This document shows positions 23,301-34,218 of a stretch of DNA of 61,167 nt, in pieces. Under the pieces are notes generated by a model that saw only the letters and a program-made list of their open reading frames with translations, searched no databases and was not told where the DNA came from. Each line of letters opens with the position of its first letter. Position 1 is the first letter of the stretch. Made by a program: the position numbers and the translations under genes. The stretch is from NCBI GenBank assembly GCA_032718475.1, contig JAUCBJ010007094.1, positions 1 through 61,167 on the forward strand, read 5' to 3'. Source of the stretch: Nemertoderma westbladi. Its lineage: Eukaryota; Animalia; Xenacoelomorpha.

Positions 23301-24345
23301 CTTCACTATTAGGGCTAAGCCCATCTAGTCTTCTCCGCAACTCTTCATCACCTACGAAACGCTGATAGTCTGACAGATAGATGTCAATGGCATCCCTCTT
23401 ATGCGGTTTCTCTGCCGTCGCTTCACTTTCCACTTGGGAAAAAGTAGCGTCTGTTGATTCTCCATGGGTTGAGCGCTCCTCCAACTGAGCTTTCCACTGA
23501 GCTGCTCCTTGAACCTGGCGACTCACCCGTTGAAACCAAGTCTTTACGGCAACTTGCAACGACGTGTCTTGCCTTCTTTTAGAAGCCTCCTCAAAGGCGG
23601 ATAAGATTAGCCTAATCCGCAGAACTCTTTCTCTAACTTGATAAAGCAGCGATCCCTGCTCTTGAGGTCCTTGAGGTTGTTTAAACAGTTGTCTTTCTAC
23701 TCGCTCCATAGAGCTGAAGAATCCCTGTGCGTATCCGGCTGCTGACCTCTTCCACACAGCTGGATCGATGGTTTCCTTGGCTACTCCCATCCGGTGTATG
23801 TCTTCCCAGGCAGCTTCTGATAAATCAAACGGGAATCCGGGTCCGGGGAAGTTCCATTGCGACTCGACAATAGACTTCAGTTCTTCACTAGTGTATCCCG
23901 CGTAGCTATCTCTAGTTGACCGTTGACTTCTCGCCCAATCGATCTGGTGTTCTTCCACCGCGATCAATAACCCAGCGAGCACGGCTGCAGGAAGGATGAG
24001 AAGGGGATCCGTATAAACCGCATCCGTCATCTCTGCTCCGCTCTCGGGTGTCAGCTCTACAGTATCCTCACTACTGGAGCTGCTGGGCCGCTGAGGAATA
24101 AGTTCTTGACTAGTGGGTTGTTGCTGTTCCGCTGCCTTTTGGTCCCGCTTGACCTGAGCTCGAGTGCCTATGATAGACCTACGATGTTGGACCAGCCTAG
24201 GTTCTGTTATTACTACTGGAGGGATGACCTTCCTCACAGTGGGAGGTGAACTGGATTTACGACCAGACGGTTGTACGTCTCTATCTGAGTCGCAGATAGT
24301 TACATCTAATAAACTGTCTGACAGGTTCTGCTTAGTATCAGACAT
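20344..24345 (-). CDS. gag: BEL/Pao Gag plus protease N-terminal half (1333 aa)
   Basis: Pao capsid-like FNGD..W..F..EKLRYL..CLEG. Knuckles CALCDGTHYLNRC, CYNCLRQGHQRRTC and CAKCGAKHHILLH. Aspartic protease motif ALLDSGS. Confidence 0.92.
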   Translation of the reverse strand: MSDTKQNLSDSLLDVTICDSDRDVQPSGRKSSSPPTVRKVIPPVVITEPRLVQHRRSIIGTRAQVKRDQKAAEQQQPTSQELIPQRPSSSSSEDTVELTPESGAEMTDAVYTDPLLILPAAVLAGLLIAVEEHQIDWARSQRSTRDSYAGYTSEELKSIVESQWNFPGPGFPFDLSEAAWEDIHRMGVAKETIDPAVWKRSAAGYAQGFFSSMERVERQLFKQPQGPQEQGSLLYQVRERVLRIRLILSAFEEASKRRQDTSLQVAVKTWFQRVSRQVQGAAQWKAQLEERSTHGESTDATFSQVESEATAEKPHKRDAIDIYLSDYQRFVGDEELRRRLDGLSPNSEGAQRVLDAIDVDRLAANQAKFDEQLRIARDQEEQVKKKRIEDRKAAAVAAAVAAAEAERKAAAAEAAAEAKAAAAEAAAEAKAAEAVAEAKATVAAAVAAAEAERKVAAAEAAAEAKAAEAVAEAERRASEETTQLELENLQERQDNFNKQLTASNMQMMNRSTPKRQGYTSSEEGDTTDTEGKGNRSRLSRRKRTFHRQKLPDLPPAVRRQLSNTNLGSTEPTDQIIKIERLPTILDEPEIIRPVLEITPSVIDTPVLPETTSKFPLHSTKLPVPRRTAQETVQVLDPERNIHNLSPVVPRPPATTLATPASAVEWVDERRRGMDILFGQMQETVQQFKGTVRESRLELQEVQQSIALERDKLVNTQKGIPPPSVTMCQPVRSEVSHAQGVEPTRIYTASEVETPIVNPIKGNYRPVDNDIPYRTDHNPRNLYTDNSILNSTMAQESFTRQMARTEARQAVKVGEIVKFNGDEMKWLPFNEYYKDNIQNSVLSNGEKLRYLIECLEGSPKLMALKFIGHPDGLRQVWDTLNIRYGNRNNIAGYLYAKLVAPRKFISSGIIEFSDEIQEICRQLDWLGKSHEYQNTMVIRAVASTLPKGGVGTRWDKKVLYMMEQQRRDPTMADLMSFLDGEVKLQLLKQSREKTPENKVSEKPVSRRKITPVCYTDDGESQTSQGEDSGKDTDRSYYVNKMPKDQVSKFKSRTNDRREQVRKTPPTSPKRIQVRKPEERASVHNVTQNKVSNIKSKCALCDGTHYLNRCDEFLKKSLTERREVMWDKRLCYNCLRQGHQRRTCFSDIRCAKCGAKHHILLHAEFDRNSPNQVSDSELHVQFSDVNDTDQSEMEGFYTDEFSDENESCYMINTAVYRALTYEKDPDNDFTLTTSERQPSWKEPSSNVGIREFPVVQVRVHGPKRSYVVNALLDSGSTGTFIDKELAEDIFAGQLKFQTKLNMSGIMQVWKSTITADYYVGALSTPQDELGEHSIR

Positions 24346-26575
24346 GACTAGGTATGTACAGTTGAATGCCTACTGCTATATTACAGTCTAAGCAAGTCTA
24401 GTAACTCAGTATGAACTGCTAGCCTAGTAATTAATTACCGTTACTGCTACTCAGTGTAGCGTGATATATATATAATATATTAGAATACCGGTATACTTAT
24501 AGTATATATAACTATATAAGTATTATTACAGACTAGGTTTATCACAGAATACCGGTATAATTTTAGCACAAATATATATAAATATATAATAGGCCTATCG
24601 GAATACCGGTATACAGCTTACAGTTTGTAGGATATATAATTCTGAAATAGAATTAATTACAAGTACCGGTATAATTTCAGCCTAGATTTATAGAAATAAA
24701 GATAATAGGCCTATCGTAAATACCGGTATATCAATTATTTCAAATAATTGAATTTCTGTTACTTTAGGGTTACTTTGTTACTTTACTTACTTTATTACCG
24801 TTATTTGAGCAGTAATCCAACTGATATTGGGACCTAATGGTTGTATGGTAGGCCTACTATTTATAAATCGTTAGATTTGATTTATAATATATATATACCC
24901 GTTTTAATGGGTTTTGTCAATGTTTGAAATAAATGTTATTATTTCTGGGGGTAATCACTACACAAAGCGGTGCGCTTTCAATGAAGTGTTACTTATGAGA
25001 CACTAAAACAAATAATACTAATTTACCTAAGTTACTTAATACTACAAATTACGTACAATTCGGGTGAGATTACAATCTCTAAATAAACACAAAAATTTAC
25101 AAAAACACAAATACGAATTTTTAGGGTAATTTTACAAGAAGTCTACAAACCAGCCTAACAAAGGGTTAGATAACCGGTTATTACAACGGACAGAGTACTA
25201 CGGTATTTGAAATAATAAGTAGTAGTAAATACACTGCGTTGTCTAGATAGGAAAATACCACCGCCTGACGACCTATAGCCGTATCGCTATAGGTTCTACG
25301 TTATGTATCACGGAGTGTTCCTACCTAGAAGTTAATAGAGCTAATCGAATGTGCCTATCAACCACTTTACAACACAAATATAATGCCTACACTAATTATT
25401 CTCGGAAAGCACTGTACACTAAACCCTAAATTAGGTACGAGTACTTGTACAACAGATAATCAGTAATTAAATATACTTGAACAGCTAAAAGAACCACGGC
25501 ATCTGCTGGAGTGACCGATGCACAAAATCACCAGTCTTTACCTACGCCAAGCAGCCCGTGTAGTACCGAGGTTAATTTAACTATAGCGGTATGTATAACA
25601 AACACAATTACTGTAGGAACAAACTTGGGGACTTGAATGTTGCGAATAATCGCATAAACTCTGAATAATAAATATTACGCTACGCGTACAAACTACTCAA
25701 ACAAAATACAGACCGAACACTGACAGACTACTATCAAGCCTAAACAAACTACGGTATATGCAGACTCCGAAATGATTAGGGAGTATGCGCTCTAACCCAG
25801 TAGTGCGACTTATTCTTTAGTTGGGGGTTTACCTTACAGCGTTCGCTGCCCCTACTGCCTAATCGTACTTAATCGGACAGATGATCTACACACGCGGCAA
25901 TCCGTTCAGACTTAATAACAGCCAGACAACTATCCAGCCTACAAATTATTTAAATAAAATTATACGCTACCCATACAGACTTACACAAACAAAGTACAGA
26001 CTAAACGATGGCAGACTACTCTCAAGCCTAAATAAACCACAGGACATGCAGACTCCGAAATGATTAGGGAGTATGCGCTCTAACCCAGTAGTGCGACTTA
26101 TTCTTTAGTTGGGGGATTACCTTACAGCGTTCACTGCCCCTACTGCCTAATCGTACTTAATCGGACAGGTGATCTACACACACTGCAATTCGTTCGGACT
26201 TAACAGCAATCAGACAACAGCTCAGCCTACAAATCGTCTGTACAATCTGATCAGGCTTACACGCCTTCTGTTCAATACTGGCCTACAAATAAATAAAACT
26301 TGACAGAAATAAGTAAAATCTCAATAAAAAATCAGGGCGGCCGTTCCCTGATTAAGTACTAAGACCTACCGGTATACAACAATCAAATCGAATAATACTA
26401 GTGTACTTATACGGAAGTACCGGTTAGGACAGCTAGGCCTACGGAATACAGAAGTACCGGTTCTAGCGGTTGGGCCTACTGACTACTGACCTACAGATGT
26501 ACCGGTTCAGGTTTACCGGTTGACCGGTACTTTCAACTTTATTGCTTACTGCAACAAAGAAGCTATATCCTTTAA

Positions 26576-27807
26576 TGTTCGCGCTTTCAGACCTTTGGCA
26601 GTTTAACCCACCAAATTAAGATGTCTTCTAGATATTAAATCGGTTTTTAGTCTATGACAAGTATTTGATTCACTACACTAGTCGAAACCAATCCGTGCGC
26701 GACCATTCACCCGCTGGATATTCCCGGGAGATTGGGTTCGACGGTTTAATTTTATTGCTATGTAAGCTTAATGTATTATTCGACTGACAGTATTATATAA
26801 TCTCTGTCAATATTATTCACCTTCGGTAATATTAACAGTTCCTTTAGGACGTGGCGCTTTATCTACATAAACAGAGTTATGACTTAAACTACTCACAACG
26901 ATATGGCTTAATTATAATTCACATATATGGCGCATTCTTTAGGAATGCTTCTTTAACAGACTCACTCATACACAATGCTGCACAATACTGCACACTAATC
27001 TGCCGATCTTCACTGATTTTAGTTACATATAAAAGGAACACAGACTGGCTCATGTAGGGTCTATCAAATAACATTAGATTCACTTCAAACCACTTTAACA
27101 TAAGTCACAATCGTTTATCTGTAACCTTTCTCTCTTACCTTCGGTATATCAAGAATATTGGGTTTCGGGGTTATTTCTCGTTATTCCAAATATAATTATT
27201 CATCAACCATATTATGAAGAACTGACAGTAAATAGCAGTATAAAACAACAACTGAACACTGATTGTTATGAGTTTGCAATGTTTCAGCAGTCAGGATGTA
27301 TAATCATCAGTCAGCAGTAGTCGTTAGGTTAAAGGATATATGCCCTTTATAATTAAACCTACTAGTGTAAGACTAAAAAACAGTAAAGCACAAAATACTT
27401 CCAAGCCGTTCTTTCTTTGGCTCAGGACTGAATGTAAACACTGCACATAGGCATTGCGTCATTTCTCGGAAATTTTCTGTACAAGGAGCCACAAAAACGC
27501 TCCAATTGGCTGACTGAACTGAGAGACGCCGTAGAACAAAGGAAATCAACACGTATGAATGTCAGCTGTTAACCGTAGTCATAGTAACTACTGTTCAAGA
27601 GTAGCTATCACCCCTTTGCGTCACGAATTGCCATAGAATCATAAAATATGCCTTTCACAGTACACATACGGAGGAAATAGGTCTTAGATCCTCTAAAAAC
27701 ACCGATACAGCAATAATACGGTCTCTTACACTTATTAAATCAACTACAGAGTATTTTAATGTAAAAGATAATAAAAATAACGGGGCAATTCAGCAAAGGC
27801 TTTTACA
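26576..27807 (-). repeat. Internal variant LTR (1232 bp)
   Basis: Same termini (TGTTCGCG...GCTTTTACA). The U5-side ~650 bp is highly similar to the outer LTRs, while the U3-side ~390 bp does not align apart from the tip. Confidence 0.85.
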
Positions 27808-29128
27808 TACGGTATTTGAAATAATAAGTAGTAGTAAATACACTGCGTTGTCTAGATAGGAAAATACCACCGCCTGACGACCTATAGCCGTATCGCTATA
27901 GGTTCTACGTTATGTATCACGGAGTGTTCCTACCTAGAAGTTAATAGAGCTAATCGAATGTGCCTATCAACCACCTTACAACACAGATATAATGTCTACA
28001 CTAATTACTTCGGAAAGTACTGTAGACTAAACCCTAAATTAGGTACGAGTACTTGTATAACAGATAATCAGTAGTTAAATATACTTGAACAGCTAAAAGA
28101 ACCACGGCATCTGCTGGAGTGACCGATGCACAAAATCACCAGTCTTTACCTACGCCGAGCAGCCCGTATAGTACCGGGGTTAATTTAACTATAGCGGTAT
28201 GTATAACAAACACAATTACTGTAGGAACAAACTTAGGGAATGAATGTTGCGGATAATCGCATAAACTCTGAATAATAAATATTACGCTACGCGTACAAAC
28301 TACTCAAACAAAATACAGACCGAACACTGACAGACTACTATCAAGCCTAAACAAACTACGGTATATGCAGACTCCGAAATGATTAGGGAGTATGCGCTCT
28401 ATCCCAGTAGTGCGACTTATTCTTTAGTTGGGGGTTTACCTTACAGCGTTCGCTGCCCCTACTGCCTAACCGTACTTAATCGGACAGATGATCTACACAC
28501 GCAGCAATCCGTTCAGACCTAATAACAGCCAGACAACTATCCAGCCTACAAATTATTTAAATAAAATTATACGCTACCCGTACAGACTTACACAAACAAA
28601 GTACAGACCAAACGATGGCAGACTACTCTCAAGCCTAAATAAACTACAGGACATGCAGACTCCGAAATGATTAGGGAGTATGCGCTCTAACCCAGTAGTG
28701 CGACTTATTCTTTAGTTGGGGGTTTACCTTACAGCGTTCGCTGCCCCTACTTCCTAACCGTACTTAATCGGACAGGTGATCTACACACACTGCAACTCGT
28801 TCAGACTTAACAGCAATCAGACAACAGCTCAGCCTACAAATTGTCTGTACAATCTGATCAGGCTTACACGCCTTCTGTTCAATACTGGCCTACAAACAAA
28901 TAAAACTTGACAGAAATAAGTAAAAATCTCAATAAAAAACCAGGGCGGGCCCTCCCTGATTAATTATTAAGGCCTACCGGTATATAACTATCAAAATCGA
29001 ATAATACTGCTGTACCTGTACTGCTGTAGGTACCGGTCCGGGTGGTTAGGTAGTCAGGCCTACTGGGTACCGGTTGCCGGTACCTCAGCTTTATTGCCTA
29101 CTGCAATACAGAGGCATATATCCTTTAA

Positions 29129-30330
29129 TGTTCGCGCTTTCAGACCTTTGGCAGTTTAACCCGCCAAATTAAGATGTCTTCTAGATATTAAATCGCTTTT
29201 TAGCCTATGACAAGTATTTGATTCACTACACTAGTCGAAACCAATCCGTGCGCGACCATTCACCCGCTGGATATTCCCGGGAGATTGGGTTCGACGGTTT
29301 AATTTTATTGCTATGTAAGCTTAATGTATTATTCGACTGACAGTATTATATAATCTCTGACAATATTATTTACCTTCGGGAATATTAACAGTTCCTTTAG
29401 GACGTGGCGCTTTATCTATATAAACAGAGTTATGACTTAAACTACTCACAACGATATGGCTTAATTATAATTCACATATATGGCGCATTCTTTAGGAATT
29501 GCTTCTTTAACAGACTCGCTCATACGCAATGCTGCACAATACTGCACACTAATCTGCCAATCTTCACTGATTTTAGTCACATATAAAAGGAACACAGACT
29601 GACTCATGTAGGGTCTATCAAATAACATTAGATTCACTTCAAACCACTTTAACATAAGTCACAATCGTTATTGGTAACCTTTCTCTCTTACCTTCGGTAT
29701 ATCAAGAATATTGGGTGTCGGGGTTATTTCTCGTTATTCCAATATAATAATTCATCAACAAATATAATGAATAACCGACAACAAATAGCAGTATGCAGTA
29801 TTCACAGATCAATCGTGCCAGTTTGTTTTGATATTTACAGAGTTTAAAGCCAGGTTGTTTGATGCGTAATTGCAGCCAGTTAAAGGATATATGTCCTTGT
29901 AATTAAACCTACTAGTGTTGAGCTAAAAAGCATAAAACATAAAACACTACAAAGCCGTTCTTTCGTGGCTTTGAAAAACTCGTGACTACTGCTCTATACG
30001 AGGATACCAACTCCCTTATTCCACGAAGCTCCCGTTCAACACAGAGAAAGAGCAGTGAGATAGGAAATTTTCAGTTCAGTACTCTGTGATAGGTCAAAAT
30101 CAAGGCTAACTCAAATTCTATTGGGAGATACAAAACAAGGCTATGACGCAACCTCCCTAGGCTTGTTGGCCGATTAAACAGAGCCCAGATGCCTGCGTAC
30201 AGCAAATCAGCCAATAAGCTGGTAACTTGCACTATTTTTAGCTGTAGATCACTTTGAGAGTATTCTTAGCGACTGGGGGGGAACTGGCCAACAAGGCAAA
30301 CGAATCAGTTATCCCACAAAAGCTTTTACA
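29129..30330 (-). repeat. 5' LTR (1202 bp)
   Basis: Direct repeat of 12856-14057; abuts the TSD GGTTT. Confidence 0.88.
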
Positions 30331-33300
30331 GGTTTACTGTGGAAGATCACTCACGGTGGTGAACAGGCATTCCTTTAGGAGACATAGTGGAAGCGTTTAC
30401 TGTGGAACATCACCCATGGTGGTGAAAAGGCATTCCTTTAGGACACAGAGTGGAAGGGTTTACTATGGAAGATCACCCATGGTAGTGAACAGGCATTCCT
30501 TTGGGAAACAGAGTAGAAGGGTTTACTATGGTAGATCACCCATGGTGGTTAACAGGCATTCCTTTGGGAAACAGAGTAGAAGGGGTTACTGTGGAAGATT
30601 ACCCATGGTGGTGAACAGGCATTCCTTTAGGAAACAGAGTGGAAGGGTTTACTGTGGAAGATCACCCATGGTGGTGAACAGAAATTCCTTTAGGAAACAG
30701 AGTGGAAGGGTTTACTGTGGAAGATCACCCATGGTGGTGAATAGGCATTCCTTTAGGAAACAGAGTGGAAGGGTTTACCGTGGAAGATCACCAATGGTGG
30801 TGAACAGGCATTCCTTTAAGAAACAGAGTGGAAGGGTTTACTGTGGAAGATCACCAATGGTGGTGAACAGGCATTCCTTTAGAAAACAGAGTGGAAGGGT
30901 TTACTGTGGAAGATCACCCATGGTGGTGAACAGGCATTCCTTTAGGATACAGAGTGGAAGGGTTTACTGTGGAAGATCGCTCACGGTGGTGAACAGGCAT
31001 TCCTTTAGGAAACATAGTGGAAGCGTTTACTGTGGAACATCACCCATGGTGGTGAAAAGGCATTCCTTTAGGACACAGAGTAGAAGGGTTTACTGTGGAA
31101 GATCACTCACGGTGGTGAACAGGCATTCCTTTAGGAAACAGAGTAGAAGGGTTTACTATGGAAGATCACCCATGGTAGTGAACAGGCATTCCTTTGGGAA
31201 ACAGAGTAGAAGGGTTTACTATGGTAGATCACCCATGGTGGTTAACAGGCATTCCTTTGGGAAACAGAGTGGAAGGGTTTTCTGTGGAAGATCATCCATG
31301 GTGGTGAACAGGAATTCCTTTAGGAAACAGAGTGGAAGGGTTTACTGTGGAAGATCACCCATGGTGGTGAACAAGCATTCCTTTGGGAAACAGAGTGGAA
31401 GGGTTTAGTGTGGAAGATCATCCATGGTGGTGAATAGGAATTCCTTTAGGAAACAGAGCGGAAGGGTTTACTGTGGAAGATCACCCATGGTGGTGTACAG
31501 GCATTCCTTTAAGAAACAGAGTGGAAGGGTTTACTGTGGAAGATCACCAATGGTGGTGAACAGGCATTCCTTTAGGATACAGAGTGGAAGGGTTTTCTGT
31601 GGAAGATCACTCACGGTGGTGAACAGGCATTCCTTTAGGAAACAGAGTAGAAGGGTTTACTATGGAAGATCACCCATGGTAGTGAACAGGCATTCCTTTG
31701 GGAAACAGAGTAGAAGGGTTTACTATGGTAGATCACCCATGGTGGTTAACAGGCATTCCTTTAGGAAACAGAGTGGAAGGGTTTACTGTGGAAGATCATC
31801 CATGGTGGTGAACAGGAATTCCTTTAGGAAACAGAGTGGAAGGGTTTACTGTGGAAGATCACCCATGGTGGTGAACAAGCATTCCTTTGGGAAACAGAGT
31901 GGAAGGGTTTTCTGTGGAAGATCACTCACGGTGGTGAACAGGCATTCCTTTAGGAAACATAGTGGAAGGGTTTACTGTGGAAGATCACCCATGGTGGTGA
32001 ATAGGCATTCCTTTAGGAAACAGAGTGGAAGGGTTTTCTGTGGAAGATCACTCACGGTGGTGAACAGGCATTCCTTTAGGAAACAGAGTAGAAGGGTTTA
32101 CTATGGAAGATCACCCATGGTAGTGAACAGGCATTCCTTTGGGAAACAGAGTAGAAGGGTTTACTATGGTAGATCACCCATGGTGGTTAACAGGCATTCC
32201 TTTGGGAAACAGAGTGGAAGGGTTTTCTGTGGAAGATCATCCATGGTGGTGAACAGGAATTCCTTTAGGAAACAGAGTGGAAGGGTTTACTGTGGAAGAT
32301 CACCCATGGTGGTGAACAAGCATTCCTTTGGGAAACAGAGTGGAAGGGTTTAGTGTGGAAGATCATCCATGGTGGTGAATAGGAATTCCTTTAGGAAACA
32401 GAGCGGAAGGGTTTACTGTGGAAGATCACCCATGGTGGTGTACAGGCATTCCTTTAAGAAACAGAGTGGAAGGGTTTACTGTGGAAGATCACCAATGGTG
32501 GTGAACAGGCATTCCTTTAGGATACAGAGTGGAAGGGTTTTCTGTGGAAGATCACTCACGGTGGTGAACAGGCATTCCTTTAGGAAACATAGTGGAAGGG
32601 TTTACTGTGGAAGATCACCCATGGTGGTGAATAGGCATTCCTTTAGGAAACAGAGTGGAAGGGTTTACTGTGGAAGATCACCAATGGTGGTGAACAGGCA
32701 TTCCTTTAGGAAACAGAGTGGAAGGGTTTACTGTGGAAGATCATCCATGGTGGTGAACAGGAATTCCTTTAGGAAACAGAGTGGAAGGGTTTACTGTGGA
32801 AGATCACCCATGGTGGTGAACAAGCATTCCTTTGGGAAACAGAGTGGAAGGGTTTTCTGTGGAAGATCACTCACGGTGGTGAACAGGCATTCCTTTAGGA
32901 AACATAGTGGAAGGGTTTACTGTGGAAGATCACCCATGGTGGTGAATAGGCATTCCTTTAGGAAACAGAGTGGAAGGGTTTTCTGTGGAAGATCACTCAC
33001 GGTGGTGAACAGGCATTCCTTTAGGAAACCCAGTGGAAGGGTTTACTGTGGAAGATCACCCATGGTGGTGAATAGGCATTCCTTTAGGAAACAGAGTGGA
33101 AGGGTTTTCTGTGGAAGATCACTCACGGTGGTGAACAGGCATTCCTTTAGGAAACAGAGTAGAAGGGTTTACTATGGAAGATCACCCATGGTAGTGAACA
33201 GGCATTCCTTTGGGAAACAGAGTAGAAGGGTTTACTATGGTAGATCACCCATGGTGGTTAACAGGCATTCCTTTGGGAAACAGAGTGGAAGGGTTTTCTG

Positions 33301-34218
33301 TGGAAGATCATCCATGGTGGTGAACAGGAATTCCTTTAGGAAACAGAGTGGAAGGGTTTACTGTGGAAGATCACCCATGGTGGTGAACAAGCATTCCTTT
33401 GGGAAACAGAGTGGAAGGGTTTAGTGTGGAAGATCATCCATGGTGGTGAATAGGAATTCCTTTAGGAAACAGAGCGGAAGGGTTTACTGTGGAAGATCAC
33501 CCATGGTGGTGTACAGGCATTCCTTTAAGAAACAGAGTGGAAGGGTTTACTGTGGAAGATCACCAATGGTGGTGAACAGGCATTCCTTTAGGATACAGAG
33601 TGGAAGGGTTTTCTGTGGAAGATCACTCACGGTGGTGAACAGGCATTCCTTTAGGAAACATAGTGGAAGGGTTTACTGTGGAAGATCACCCATGGTGGTG
33701 AATAGGCATTCCTTTAGGAAACAGAGTGGAAGGGTTTACTGTGGAAGATCACCAATGGTGGTGAACAGGCATTCCTTTAGGAAACAGAGTGGAAGGGTTT
33801 ACTGTGGAAGATCATCCATGGTGGTGAACAGGAATTCCTTTAGGAAACAGAGTGGAAGGGTTTACTGTGGAAGATCACCCATGGTGGTGAACAAGCATTC
33901 CTTTGGGAAACAGAGTGGAAGGGTTTTCTGTGGAAGATCACTCACGGTGGTGAACAGGCATTCCTTTAGGAAACATAGTGGAAGGGTTTACTGTGGAAGA
34001 TCACCCATGGTGGTGAATAGGCATTCCTTTAGGAAACAGAGTGGAAGGGTTTTCTGTGGAAGATCACTCACGGTGGTGAACAGGCATTCCTTTAGGAAAC
34101 ATAGTGGAAGGGTTTACTGTGGAAGATCACCCATGGTGGTGAACAGGCATTCCTTTAGGAAACAGAGTAGAAGGGTTTACTGTGGAAGATCACCCATGGT
34201 GGTGAACAGGCATTCCTT
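30331..34218. repeat. 63-bp satellite array, right part, with higher-order structure
   Basis: About 61 copies, resuming in phase after the TSD. A diagnostic TAG variant recurs at 31408, 32353 and 33424. Confidence 0.97.

Larger units (their letters stand above)
11948..30330 (-). mobile_element. BEL/Pao LTR retrotransposon, composite three-LTR copy, non-autonomous
   Basis: TGT...ACA termini. 5-bp TSD GGTTT at 11943-11947 and 30331-30335. Gag with triple Cys-His knuckle. PR-RT-RH-IN order with Pao-type motifs. PPT adjacent to 14057. Confidence 0.95.

Noticed and set aside
8787-34218. CRISPR array or hammerhead-ribozyme satellite
   Set aside because: There are no unique spacers or cas genes, and the context is eukaryotic. 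No CUGANGA..GAAA core is present on either strand; CTGTGGA is only a superficial resemblance.
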